A DNA stretch of 64,000 nt from Candidatus Woesearchaeota archaeon (GCA_023898365.1 CP060219.1:133743-197742); one strand, 5' to 3'. Shown: positions 1 through 9,709, counted from the first letter of the stretch. Notes: generated from the letters alone by a model not told the origin. Translations and numbers: made by a program.

Positions 1-3
1 GTC

Positions 4-1212
4 ATGGCAACGTACGCGTTTGATAAGATCAGCGAAGGAGAGGAGATCTTAACTATTCGTTTTAAGCGGTTTTACACATTCACCCTCGCAAAAGATCGCC
101 TGCTGACCCTCGGATCATATCATATCAAAGATAACGCCCTTGTGTTCCCTGATCTTTCTGAGAAAGCGTTCTGGAATAAGTTTCGTTTTGTTCTTCAAGA
201 AGGGATGAGCACACTTACCAGCAATCTTACTGGGAAAAAAGTCATCTATCTTGATGAAGATCTTGGCGTCCCTCTTCTTGGCACCAACGAATTCGGCATT
301 ATTGATAGGGGTTCGAACATTATCGAAATTAAACCGAACACGGGATGTAATCTTAACTGCACGTTTTGTTCAGTAAGTGAAGGCATCAACAAAAAAGACT
401 ATGATTATCTTGTTGATCCTGATTTTTTGCTTAGAGAACTTGAGCCAGTGGTCGCTCTCAAAAAACATCCTGTTGAAATCAATATTGGCCCCCAAGGAGA
501 ACCGTTGTTGTACCCTGATCTTGTTTCGCTGATCAAGGGCCTTAAAGAGATTGCGAACATTGCAACAATAAGTATGAATTCCAACGGGGTCTTGCTCACC
601 AAACAACTTATCGATGAGTTAGCTCACGCAGGTCTTGATCGCATTAATCTTTCCCTGCACACACTTGATGAAACCCTTGCCAAAAAGATTATGGGAAACA
701 AAGCATACAGCGTTACCCATCTTGTTGAACAAATAAACTATTGTAAAGGAAAGATTGCAGTCCTCTTTGCTCCTGTGATGATTAAAGGCGTTAATGAAGA
801 GTTAAAAGATGTTGTAGAACTAAGCAAAGAATTTTCTTCGCCGTTTCCAAAAATGGGCATTCAAAACTACCTCCACTATAAAGGAGGCAGGATTATTGCT
901 AAAGAAATGCAGTGGGACGATTTTTTTAATCGTATCAAAGCGCTTGAGAATGAAACGGGAGAGCAACTCATGCTCAAAACTGACGCCAATCCGTTCCATA
1001 TTTTTCCAGAACAAACATTACCTAAGCCCTTCTTGAAAGGAGAAGTAATCACTGCTGACATAAAGATGCCTGGCAGATTTTCTCGTGATAAAATAGCTGT
1101 TGCTAAGGATCGCGCAATCACCATTCGTAATTGTCCACAAGAAAAAGGATCGATTAAGATCAAGCTCATTCGAGACAAGCACAATATCTTTTCAGGCGTG
1201 CCTTTACGGTAA
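4..1212 (+). CDS. Radical SAM domain protein with C-terminal TRAM-like beta-barrel region (possibly N-terminally truncated by window edge)
   Basis: CxxxCxxC motif GCNLNCTFCSV at about aa 115. The C-terminal segment GEVITADIKMPGRF...KGSIKIKLI resembles a TRAM fold. No MTTase N-domain is present. The ORF begins 3 nt from the window start. Confidence 0.7.
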   Translation: MATYAFDKISEGEEILTIRFKRFYTFTLAKDRLLTLGSYHIKDNALVFPDLSEKAFWNKFRFVLQEGMSTLTSNLTGKKVIYLDEDLGVPLLGTNEFGIIDRGSNIIEIKPNTGCNLNCTFCSVSEGINKKDYDYLVDPDFLLRELEPVVALKKHPVEINIGPQGEPLLYPDLVSLIKGLKEIANIATISMNSNGVLLTKQLIDELAHAGLDRINLSLHTLDETLAKKIMGNKAYSVTHLVEQINYCKGKIAVLFAPVMIKGVNEELKDVVELSKEFSSPFPKMGIQNYLHYKGGRIIAKEMQWDDFFNRIKALENETGEQLMLKTDANPFHIFPEQTLPKPFLKGEVITADIKMPGRFSRDKIAVAKDRAITIRNCPQEKGSIKIKLIRDKHNIFSGVPLR

Positions 1213-1304
1213 GAATCGTTCTTAAGAAAACACCTGCACAGTTGTTATCCGCGACTAGGATATTTATCGCACAGAAATTTCAAATCCAAAGCTAGTTCTC
1301 ATAA

Positions 1305-1367
1305 CAAATTAAGAAAACGAGAAGAGAAAAAGAATAAAAAAAATAAGAAAAAAAATCAGCTTTCGAC
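1305..1367 (-). terminator. Oligo-T tract terminator candidate downstream of the surface-protein gene
   Basis: On the minus strand, immediately 3' of the stop at 1368, there are several runs of 7-9 T. Archaeal intrinsic terminators are T-tracts. Confidence 0.4.
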
Positions 1368-3563
1368 TTATGCTTCGTCACCAGTGGTGTCATCTTCTTC
1401 TTCTGCTGCAGGTGCAACATAAGGTGCGATGACTGGTGTGTCAGAACCATCTTGTAAGGAAACCATAACTTCGCTTCCAACAAGTTGTCCTGCGTACATG
1501 TCGTAGTTTGCAAGCGTTTGAGCTGCAAGCAAGGTGTCTTCTGCAGTATAACCTGCAACAAGAACTGCATTTTGAGTTCCGAAGAGCTTAATGCGTCCTA
1601 CACCTTGTTCAAAGCCTTCAACACAGTTAGCTGCTGTTACGCCAAGAAGGTCACGTGCAACAGTGTTTGCACATGGTCCGCCGACGACAAGCAAGTTTGT
1701 GTTACCAACAAGGCTTGCTCCAACACTATCCAAGACTCCAAGACCGACTGGGATTTGGTTCACAACATATGAACTTGCATCGCCAGCTGTGGTGGTCACA
1801 GTTGAACCCGACGTCGTAATGATGATGTGGGCTTCGACTTGGTCACTTGGAATGCTAAACTCGACTTTGTCACTATCAAGCTTGTTTTCTGGGTTGTAGA
1901 TAATTGCTCCATACTCAGTTAACAAGTCATAGTCACGAGCACCGATTGCGGTGGTGTCGTAGTACAAGTCCGTTCCGAGATTCTCATCGGTTGCACCAAT
2001 GGTGTAGGTTGCTCCTCGTAATGCATAACGTGCATTGATTCGGATGTTGTCCAATCCACCATCGTCGACAAAGGTGAAGTTACCTTCTGTTGCTCCGTTT
2101 CCAATTGTAACAACGTTAAAGTAATATTTAGCGTCGTTATTTTCAATGTACCACGTTGCAAGATTGTCTTGTGCAAGTGTTGATGCAAGGTCAGTCCAGC
2201 CATCGTCCTCATCGTAGTATGTCACGTTCAAACCATTAGACATGTTGGTTGGATCCGCAAGATACGCTCTGATCTTCTTTGACTGTGTTCCGCCAAGGTT
2301 GAATGCTTGTTCATCAGTTCCCGAAAGAGTAATTTCGAATCCTGGATGTCCCGTATTGTCTTCATCCTTAACTTCCTTTGCATCGACAACAACCTTAAAG
2401 CGATCGTCGTACTTCAAACTGTCGAACGTGACACTCACGTAGTCGTTAGGGAATGGAAGCACTCCACCAACACCGACCATTTCGAAGTAGTCTGCATCAA
2501 GCTCTTCTTCGGTTGCACCAACAACTTCCGACATAGCATTTGTCAACTGAACACCGACACGGTCAAGTGATGCTCCCGCATTGGTATCAATGTTCCAAAC
2601 CCATGGCGCATCTCCGGAATCGTACTCTGTGAAGAGTTCGAAGTCGTCACCGTCGTTTGCAGTCTTACCGCCTGTGTCTTCGCCGATTAATGCTTCAACA
2701 AAGTCGTCTGCATTATCATCTGCGTTGAACAAGGATTCAACTTTAATTTCGATGTCTCCGTAGGTTTCTGTGTTACCAGTGCTGATAACGTCTGAAACGC
2801 CATCTACTTTGATAACTGCGCTGGTGTCTCCAACATTGACAAGCTCAATTTCATGGCCTGCAACAGTAACTGGGTTGTCTCGTGTTAAGATCTCTGTTAC
2901 GGAGTTCTTGTACTTGATTCCCGTTGCAGTAATGTCGATGATTTCGAAAGATTCTCCAAGGAAGTCAAATTCGATGTTGTAATCTTCGTCGTCACTGACA
3001 CCCACACCAACAATTGATGCTTGGTCTGCTGCGTCAACTGCTACATAATATTCGTAGCCAGCTTCATTGACTTGCAAGTATGGATCAGCACCCATATCTT
3101 CTGCTTCAGATGCATAACCTAAGTTATACTGAACTGTCACACCAGAAATGTTCAAATACTCGCCGTAGTCAACGTCCGTGTCGTTGTAGTCGAATTGATC
3201 ATCTGCAAATCCTGCAAGGTCGCCGTCATCTAAGATACCGCTGGTACCGAATTGAACGGATAATGCCTGGCCGAATAAGAGATCTTCAACTTGACCGCCT
3301 TCAACAGTTGTTACACCATCTGTTGATTCATATCCTGTTTTTGCTGCGTACTGTAAGCTCGCCGCAATATCTACTGCGCCGATGACGTCCGAAACTGCTG
3401 CTTCTCCGCCAACAACGATTTTGCCGTTAAATACTCCATCAGTTACGAATGGTTCTGGATAATCTGCCAAACTTGCATATGCTCCCATTGCGGTTGCGCC
3501 AAGCATGACTGCTCCAATGCCAATCGTTCCGATTCGTTTCATAGTTTTTCCCAACTTACTCAT
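1368..3563 (-). CDS. Acidic secreted surface (S-layer-like) protein, 731 aa
   Basis: The N-terminal signal peptide MSKLGKTMKRIGTIGIGAVMLGATAMGAYA is preceded by the strong SD GGAGGTG. The protein is very D/E/T/V/G-rich with no internal TM and has an acidic C-terminus. No enzyme motif was recognised. Confidence 0.55.
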   Translation of the reverse strand: MSKLGKTMKRIGTIGIGAVMLGATAMGAYASLADYPEPFVTDGVFNGKIVVGGEAAVSDVIGAVDIAASLQYAAKTGYESTDGVTTVEGGQVEDLLFGQALSVQFGTSGILDDGDLAGFADDQFDYNDTDVDYGEYLNISGVTVQYNLGYASEAEDMGADPYLQVNEAGYEYYVAVDAADQASIVGVGVSDDEDYNIEFDFLGESFEIIDITATGIKYKNSVTEILTRDNPVTVAGHEIELVNVGDTSAVIKVDGVSDVISTGNTETYGDIEIKVESLFNADDNADDFVEALIGEDTGGKTANDGDDFELFTEYDSGDAPWVWNIDTNAGASLDRVGVQLTNAMSEVVGATEEELDADYFEMVGVGGVLPFPNDYVSVTFDSLKYDDRFKVVVDAKEVKDEDNTGHPGFEITLSGTDEQAFNLGGTQSKKIRAYLADPTNMSNGLNVTYYDEDDGWTDLASTLAQDNLATWYIENNDAKYYFNVVTIGNGATEGNFTFVDDGGLDNIRINARYALRGATYTIGATDENLGTDLYYDTTAIGARDYDLLTEYGAIIYNPENKLDSDKVEFSIPSDQVEAHIIITTSGSTVTTTAGDASSYVVNQIPVGLGVLDSVGASLVGNTNLLVVGGPCANTVARDLLGVTAANCVEGFEQGVGRIKLFGTQNAVLVAGYTAEDTLLAAQTLANYDMYAGQLVGSEVMVSLQDGSDTPVIAPYVAPAAEEEDDTTGDEA

Positions 3564-3936
3564 CTAAACACCTCCGTGTTGGAATGTTTTTTTATTTGTT
3601 TGTCCCATTCGTTGCCGGATGGTTTGCGCTATGGCAAACAACGTGCTTTGTTGCTCACCACAAATTTAAGCCCACCGACACCAAACAGTTCACAATGGTG
3701 ATTGTGCAACCCTTCCAATGTCCAGTTTTATTTATAAACTTTTCGTAGAGGCATAATCTGTTTTCCAAGAAGGGGACGTTTAGAGAGTCCAAAACGCCCA
3801 ATACAGCCAAATAAAACAGTTATTACTCCCGAGTGACCTTCTTGAACATTGGTGCTTTCAAAGGCAATGTTTAAAAACTGAAAGCAAAAAAAAGGCATCA
3901 ATTTAAAAACAAAAATACTGGTAAAAATCATTTTCT

Positions 3937-5718
3937 TCAAGACCGATTCTTTTGAGTTGCATGTCGCTGATCATCAAAAATGTCTGCAACATGATCAAGG
4001 GAAGTTATTGAATCACTGCCTCGATCATCTCGAAGCCGCAAAATTCTTGGAAAACGTAAGGCAAAACCCGCTTCATACGTTGTGCTCTTCTGAATTTCTT
4101 CAAATGCGACTTCAACAACTATGTGGGGAGTCAATCGCACCTCTCGACCGACCTCCTCTAATATATAGGGGCGCAATAACTCAGTCATTTCAGAAAAACT
4201 AACGCCAAGTTCCTCTTTTTCTTTAAGACCAGTACCAACCCGACCTACAGAAACATACTCCCCATCGAATGTTCTGCACGCAAGAAGAAAAGACGTAAGC
4301 CAACCACTGCGCTTACCTTCACCCCATTCAGCTCCAACAATAACCAAGTCAAACGTTTCAAGCGTTGGCTTCATTTTCACCATGTGACCAACACGCTTGC
4401 CTAGGGCATACGGCGAAGACAAATTCTTAAACATGACTCCTTCGTTGCCTGCACCAAGTGAACGTTCATAAAATTCTTGCGCTTCTTGCTCTGAGGATAT
4501 AATTTTTCTTGTTGCAAGTTCAAGTTCATGCGGTAAAGGAACAAGTAACTTTTCCAATGCTGCTCGCCGATGTTCGTTTGACTCATCTAATAAGGTGACC
4601 CCATCAGCAAACAACGCATCAAAAACAACGAACACACAAGGAAGTTTTTTTGCAAGTTCGTCAATACGATACTTTCGTCGTATGCGCTGAGAAACAAATT
4701 GAAAAGGAAGGTACTTCTTTGTTTTGGGATCAATACCTACAGCCTCACCATCAAGAATGAACTCTTTTGCCGCAACTCCCTTATTTAAGGCAGCGACAAC
4801 TTCAGGAAATTGATTGGTGACCAATTCAAGTTTTCTTGTATACAAAGAAATGACGCCATTCACTTTATGAGCAAGAATACGAAACCCATCATATTTATAT
4901 TCAATCGCAGCAGGAACGCCAACTGTTTTGAGTGCTTGCTCGATTGTTTCCATTTTTGGGCCCAGCATGACACGAATAGGACTTCCAGGAACTAAGCGTA
5001 TTTTTTCTAACCCTTCTAATCCTTCAGTCTTTGCAATATAACAGACAAGAGCAAGATCGCCAGAAAGATCTATTGCGCGTTGCACAGCTGAAACGCGAAC
5101 GACATATTGTTCTCGGTCATTATATTTTCCCTCATCAACGCCCTCGTCTTGTTCAAACATGCCATCTTGATCAAGGAACGCGCGCACAATCGCATCGCGA
5201 AGCGTACCTTCGGCAACACCAACTCGTAATTCTTCTAAAACACCCCGCACCAAATACTTTGCCTCAAGCGGAGTGGCGCTTGAAAGGAGACGAGAAAAGA
5301 GCTTGACTTTTTGAGAAACAGATCCTTCGCCCGTGTACGAGGCTATTTTTCTAAAAGAAGAAAAGACTTCATCAACAGAAAGAGGTGAAGAAAAGAGGAC
5401 GTTTTGCTTTTTTTTATGCAGTAATTCTTCAGCAACTAGACCTAAATCGCCAAGGGATCTCCAACGTTCTTCGATTTCTTTTTCTGAAAAGCCAGCTGAG
5501 ATCGCGATTGATTTAATGACCAACCTCGTGGAATAGCCAATTTTTGCTTCATCTGCTTGAGAAAATACTTTGCCCTGAAGTAATAAGATAAGCTCAAGTG
5601 CGTCTTGCTTTGTCGTCACTCCTTTTTTCAAGAGCGTCGCAATAAGTGCTGCTTTTTTCAGCGAACTTGGCTCTGCAACAAGCGAGTCATATACGGCAGC
5701 AAGGTCGATGTATTGCAT
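3937..5718 (-). CDS. lig: ATP-dependent DNA ligase
   Basis: The adenylation motif KYDGFR (EYKYDGFRILAHK) sits in a protein of about 593 aa. This length is typical of archaeal ATP-dependent ligases with an N-terminal DNA-binding domain and an OB-fold C-terminus. Confidence 0.9.
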   Translation of the reverse strand: MQYIDLAAVYDSLVAEPSSLKKAALIATLLKKGVTTKQDALELILLLQGKVFSQADEAKIGYSTRLVIKSIAISAGFSEKEIEERWRSLGDLGLVAEELLHKKKQNVLFSSPLSVDEVFSSFRKIASYTGEGSVSQKVKLFSRLLSSATPLEAKYLVRGVLEELRVGVAEGTLRDAIVRAFLDQDGMFEQDEGVDEGKYNDREQYVVRVSAVQRAIDLSGDLALVCYIAKTEGLEGLEKIRLVPGSPIRVMLGPKMETIEQALKTVGVPAAIEYKYDGFRILAHKVNGVISLYTRKLELVTNQFPEVVAALNKGVAAKEFILDGEAVGIDPKTKKYLPFQFVSQRIRRKYRIDELAKKLPCVFVVFDALFADGVTLLDESNEHRRAALEKLLVPLPHELELATRKIISSEQEAQEFYERSLGAGNEGVMFKNLSSPYALGKRVGHMVKMKPTLETFDLVIVGAEWGEGKRSGWLTSFLLACRTFDGEYVSVGRVGTGLKEKEELGVSFSEMTELLRPYILEEVGREVRLTPHIVVEVAFEEIQKSTTYEAGFALRFPRILRLRDDRGSDSITSLDHVADIFDDQRHATQKNRS

Positions 5719-5753
5719 ATCCTTTCGTACGGGCGTGACGTTTAAAAAACTAT

Positions 5754-6821
5754 TTACGAACGCGATATTCCTTCAGCCCATAGTCGGTCAAATTCGTTCT
5801 GAAATGCAGAAATAAGCGAAGCATCTTGAGAAATGAGCAAGAGCTCGTTGTTTGTTTCATAACCACCACGTGTAGGATTTGCACTCCCTGCAATAAGCGT
5901 TTGATTCCCAATTATGAAGACTTTGTGATGCATCGTCTGAGGATTGCTATCTGTGCGCACCAGTAAGCGAGTGTCGTCAGGGACTAAATATGCCATGCGC
6001 TTTTCCACAAGAAGCCTTACGTTGCTTGTGGGCAAGAGACTTGCGTAAAGGTCGTTGCGAGACGTGACAAACTGCATCGCATCAACCTGCGGAGCAGAAG
6101 TCAGTGCTTTACGAACAAGGTCAGAGCAGGAGTCGTACGGACAATGATAAAAAATAATTGGAAAATTTGAGAACGGCTTATGGTGAAATAAGAGATTGTT
6201 TGAGTAAAATAATTCTGTAAATACTTGTGCAATGAAATGATCATGAATCACAAACACGTTGTTATTATTTAATTCAAGTCCGTTTCTTGTTGGATTTGCA
6301 CTCCCAACAAGGACAAGGTCAGTATCAATCACACAATATTTCACATGATCAATGCCTGCATGATACGAAGGGAGTGCAGATAAAGAATCTTTGCTTAGAG
6401 ATATTTTGTGCGCGTTCTCTTGTTCGACAAGAACAGTAACGGCAATCTCTTGTTGTTTGCGAGCAAGCAATGCGATAAGCGCGGGATGGGTGAAATCATA
6501 AAATGAACAAAGAATTTGTTCGCGCGCTCCCATGAATGCATCGAGAAAGAGTTGGGTGCAAGGAGCTTCAGGGCAAAAATGAACAGAAATTGTTGCAGTG
6601 GGGGTGCGAGAGGTGTGTAAAGCAAATTCATTCATTGCAAACCACGCAAGAAGTTTTCTTATAACAAGATCAAGCGAATCAAAAACAGATCGCTCTTGAA
6701 CAAGTACCGGTTCAGTGCCAAGAATTGTATTTGTTAGTTGCTTAACGCAAGAAAGCAACAGCACAAGCAAAAAAAGAAAGAACAAAAACTTGACAAGAAC
6801 CACAACAAGTCGACGTAACAT
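5754..6821 (-). CDS. Phospholipase D superfamily protein with two HKD motifs and an N-terminal TM anchor
   Basis: Two HxK(x4)D(x6)GSxN motifs are present: HVKYCVIDTDLVLVGSANPTRNG and HHKVFIIGNQTLIAGSANPTRGG. The N-terminus is hydrophobic (LVVVLVKFLFFLFLLVLLLS). Confidence 0.75.
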   Translation of the reverse strand: MLRRLVVVLVKFLFFLFLLVLLLSCVKQLTNTILGTEPVLVQERSVFDSLDLVIRKLLAWFAMNEFALHTSRTPTATISVHFCPEAPCTQLFLDAFMGAREQILCSFYDFTHPALIALLARKQQEIAVTVLVEQENAHKISLSKDSLSALPSYHAGIDHVKYCVIDTDLVLVGSANPTRNGLELNNNNVFVIHDHFIAQVFTELFYSNNLLFHHKPFSNFPIIFYHCPYDSCSDLVRKALTSAPQVDAMQFVTSRNDLYASLLPTSNVRLLVEKRMAYLVPDDTRLLVRTDSNPQTMHHKVFIIGNQTLIAGSANPTRGGYETNNELLLISQDASLISAFQNEFDRLWAEGISRS

Positions 6822-6872
6822 AAAAAACTAGTAACTTGATTCGCTAAAAAACTAGCTAAAAGAAAGCAAAAA

Positions 6873-8270
6873 ATGTTTCGAAAGTTCCTGGAAACTAGTA
6901 GTTTTCTGCAAAACCTTTTTATACAGAGGCGCAGTAATAAGCATCAGATGAAAGAAAGCAAAAAACAATCTCAATCTAAGGCAGCGTATACCAAGATGCA
7001 TAAGAATGAAGTGACCGTTCAACTCACAGATAAGCAAAGCGTTGAAGGAAAACTCATTACAGAAAATGAAACAACCATCACACTCAAACTTTCTTCAGGC
7101 TACAATCAACTACTCTTGAAAAAACGCATAAAATCAATTACTCAAAAAAATAAGACAACGACAGGAAAAAAAGCAACCGAGGAAAAAAAGAAACAAACCA
7201 CTAAGAAAAAAGAACAAGGGTGGAACGATGCCATTGTCATTCTCAATGTTGGAGGCACCATTGCGTGCAAAATAGATTATGCCACGGGCGCAGTCGTTGC
7301 GCAAACAGAACCTGATGAGCTCACTAGCACCATTCCTGAATTACAAGACTATGCGCCGATTGCGACAAAAAGTCTTTCAAATATGCAATCTGATGATATC
7401 AGACTTCAAGATATTAATGCAATTGTTAAAGCCATCGAAGAATGTGTCAACAAAGGTGCGAGAGGAGTTATTGTCACGCATGGAACTGATTTTCTCCATT
7501 ACAGTGCATCAGGAGTGAGTTTTGCACTTGAGCATCCACCCATTCCAGTTATTTTTGTCGGTTCACAGCGCTCATCAGATCGACCATCATCCGATGCAGC
7601 AATCAACGTCATTAATGCAGCATATACAATAAGAAACAGTTCGTTTACAGGAGTTGCCCTGTGCATGCATAAAAATGCTGACGACGGGACAAATACGTTG
7701 TTTAATCCCCAGCAATGTATGAAGCTTCACACGTCTCGCAGAGATGCATTTAAACAAATCAATGCCGCTCCACTTGGGGAAGTCAATGCAGAACAGAATC
7801 ATCTTGTTTTGTTCCATAATGTAATGAATGAAACAAAACCATTCAAAGCGTATCACTATAATGAAAACTTGCGCATTGGTCTTGTCAAAGCACATCCACA
7901 TATGTTTGTTGAAGAATTTTTACATCTCAACAAGTTCGATGCAGCGATTTTCGAAGCAAGCGGACTGGGACATTTTCCCATTTCTATCCACAAAGAAAAT
8001 GAAAAAATTCGAGCCGCCCTTGCAAAACTATCCTGTAAGAAAGTACTCACTGCACAAACTATTTGGGGCAGGATCAATCTTAATGTTTATTCCCCGCAAC
8101 GGATTTTAAAAGAAATGGGATTTCTGGGACATAACCTTAATGTACCAACCCATGCAGCATTTATGAAGATAGCTTTTCTTCTCAGTAACTTTCCTGAAGA
8201 TGTTGATGAACTCTATGAAATTAATCTTCGCGGAGAACTAACTGAGCGAACAGAAAATGTTACAGATTGA
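6873..8270 (+). CDS. gatD: Glu-tRNA(Gln) amidotransferase subunit D (asparaginase-like), with a Lys-rich N-terminal extension or linker
   Basis: The asparaginase-type signature VILNVGGTIACK and the motif VTHGTDFLHYSASG are present. The length is about 465 aa. The first ~110 aa are K/T-rich and low complexity, so the true start may lie at a downstream Met. Confidence 0.8.
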   Translation: MFRKFLETSSFLQNLFIQRRSNKHQMKESKKQSQSKAAYTKMHKNEVTVQLTDKQSVEGKLITENETTITLKLSSGYNQLLLKKRIKSITQKNKTTTGKKATEEKKKQTTKKKEQGWNDAIVILNVGGTIACKIDYATGAVVAQTEPDELTSTIPELQDYAPIATKSLSNMQSDDIRLQDINAIVKAIEECVNKGARGVIVTHGTDFLHYSASGVSFALEHPPIPVIFVGSQRSSDRPSSDAAINVINAAYTIRNSSFTGVALCMHKNADDGTNTLFNPQQCMKLHTSRRDAFKQINAAPLGEVNAEQNHLVLFHNVMNETKPFKAYHYNENLRIGLVKAHPHMFVEEFLHLNKFDAAIFEASGLGHFPISIHKENEKIRAALAKLSCKKVLTAQTIWGRINLNVYSPQRILKEMGFLGHNLNVPTHAAFMKIAFLLSNFPEDVDELYEINLRGELTERTENVTD

Positions 8271-9303
8271 TGGAAGCAGTGGTGGCGGGAGCGTCATCAG
8301 ACTTGCTTTGGCACTTTCTAGTATTACAGGAAAAGAATTTTCGGTGACCAACATTCGAGCTTCTCGACCCAATCCGGGTCTTGCCATGCAGCATCTGATG
8401 GCAGTCAACGCGTTTGCCCGCATTAGCAATGCTAAAGTTGTTGGCAACACCAAAGGGAGCCGCGAACTAACATTTTCTCCAGGTACTATTCAAAAAAATA
8501 AATTGTTCATTGATGTGCAAACCGCAGGATCGTTAAGTCTTATCATTGAAGCTCTTCTTCCTTGGTTTGTTGCAACAAAACAACCTCTTGATCTTGAGTT
8601 AATTGGAGGCACGAATGTACCCTGGAGCCCTCCCGTTGATACGCTTCAACTGGTTCTCTTCCCCCTCCTCTACAAATATGGCACGTTCACAGCTACCATA
8701 GGAAGACGTGGTTTTTATCCAAAAGGAAAAGGACAAGTAAGATTTTCGTACAGACCAGGAGAGCAAATACCCTATCGTGCAATTCGTCTTACAAAAAAAC
8801 AAGAACTCCATCATGTTAAAGGAATTCTTATTACCACAGAAAAGGATTTGCGTTTTGCAACTGCAATCCACTCTGCGCTTTCTCAAGTACACGAAACAAG
8901 CGACCTTGAAACATTGCAAGTGACTGCTGCAAGCGAAGGAACACAACTCATCTTACTCGCGTATTATGGTGACGACACCGGTTATGACCCCTTTCGTCCA
9001 ATGATTTTATCTGCAGACTGTTTGCTTGAAAAAAATCCTGAACAAACAACACAAGAAACAATTGCTCGTTTCAAAACATTACTTTCAAGCGCTGCGTGTG
9101 TCGATGAACAAACGGCTGATCAGCTTCTTCCCTATCTGGGATTATTTGGTGGCGAACTTATCACAACGGAGCTTACCAATCATTTGACTATTGCCTGCGA
9201 GCTTCTTTCGCTCTTTTTGGAAATCGATATAAGCGCCCAGCAGGGAAAAATTCTGGTCAAAGAAGGATTTATAGAAAAGGAAGCCAAAAAACAACCTTTA
9301 TAA
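8257..9303 (+). CDS. rtcA: RNA 3'-terminal phosphate cyclase
   Basis: The N-terminal segment IDGSSGGGSVIRLALALSSITGKEFSVTNIRASRPNPGLAMQHLMAVNA matches the RtcA signature IDGSxGEGGGQ...R.xPGL..QH. The gene overlaps the gatD end by 14 nt. Confidence 0.8.
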   Translation: MLQIDGSSGGGSVIRLALALSSITGKEFSVTNIRASRPNPGLAMQHLMAVNAFARISNAKVVGNTKGSRELTFSPGTIQKNKLFIDVQTAGSLSLIIEALLPWFVATKQPLDLELIGGTNVPWSPPVDTLQLVLFPLLYKYGTFTATIGRRGFYPKGKGQVRFSYRPGEQIPYRAIRLTKKQELHHVKGILITTEKDLRFATAIHSALSQVHETSDLETLQVTAASEGTQLILLAYYGDDTGYDPFRPMILSADCLLEKNPEQTTQETIARFKTLLSSAACVDEQTADQLLPYLGLFGGELITTELTNHLTIACELLSLFLEIDISAQQGKILVKEGFIEKEAKKQPL

Positions 9304-9333
9304 AGCATTTGGCGTTTCTCCCAAGTATCACGC

Positions 9334-9440
9334 GGGGCTATGGGGTAATCTGGTTATCCTTTTCGGTTTGGGACCGAACGATCCCGGTTCGAAGGCTTTA
9401 ATTCAGGTTCCTGAAAGGCGCGAAAGTCCGGGTAGCCCCA
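9334..9440 (+). tRNA. tRNA-Pro(UGG) with a putative 33-nt non-canonical intron in the T-arm. The alternative acceptor assignment 9332..9441 contains one mismatch.
   Basis: The 7-bp acceptor GGGGCUA/UAGCCCC is followed by discriminator A. U8 is present. The D-stem is GGGU/AUCC with G18G19 in the D-loop. The anticodon stem UUCGG/CCGAA carries loop UUUGGGA, giving anticodon UGG and G37. The T-stem 5' strand CCCGG and loop UUCGAAG are separated from the matching 3' strand CCGGG by a 33-nt insertion, GCUUUAAUUCAGGUUCCUGAAAGGCGCGAAAGU. Confidence 0.55.
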
Positions 9441-9455
9441 CTTTATGTTGGGAAA

Positions 9456-9707
9456 ATGGCAAAAAAAAGTATGTACGGTTCAGTGAAGCGGTTTGGTCCA
9501 CGATATGGTCGAACAGTCAAGAACAAACTTGGAAAGATTGAGCACGAACAGCGCAAACTCCATGAATGTCCAAAATGCTTACGCCCTGCGGCGAAGCGAG
9601 ATTCTGTAGGCATCTGGATCTGCACCAAGTGCGGAAATAAATTTGCAAGCAAAGCATACACGGTCGCAAAACCTGCCTTGCTTAAACAAAATGCACAAGA
9701 GGTATGA
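9456..9707 (+). CDS. rpl37ae: 50S ribosomal protein L37Ae
   Basis: The protein has a C4 zinc ribbon CPKC...CTKC and the segment GPRYGRTVKNKLGKIEHEQRKLHECPKC...VGIWICTKCG. This aligns with the L37Ae consensus GTRYGASLRK...C.FCGK...VGIWHC.SC. Confidence 0.85.
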   Translation: MAKKSMYGSVKRFGPRYGRTVKNKLGKIEHEQRKLHECPKCLRPAAKRDSVGIWICTKCGNKFASKAYTVAKPALLKQNAQEV

Positions 9708-9709
9708 TC

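Noticed and set aside
1485-3385. Several plus-strand ORFs (1485..1772, 1591..1899, 2242..2442, 2307..2570, 2581..2763, 2770..2982, 3080..3385) inside the 731-aa surface-protein gene
   Set aside because: All are antisense to a long, well-supported minus-strand ORF with a strong SD and signal peptide. Their translations are low-complexity Ser/Thr/Pro strings typical of the reverse frames of an acidic gene.
3728-3940. 70-aa ORF overlapping the DNA ligase start by 4 nt
   Set aside because: Its composition is hydrophobic and Phe-rich with no clear SD. It could be a real leader or membrane peptide but the evidence is insufficient, so it is not called.
9332-9441. Alternative tRNA-Pro fold with acceptor GCGGGGC/GCCCCAC
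   Set aside because: It gives a C2-A71 mismatch and no viable D-stem. The GGGGCUA/UAGCCCC register pairs perfectly and yields U8, a D-stem and G18G19.
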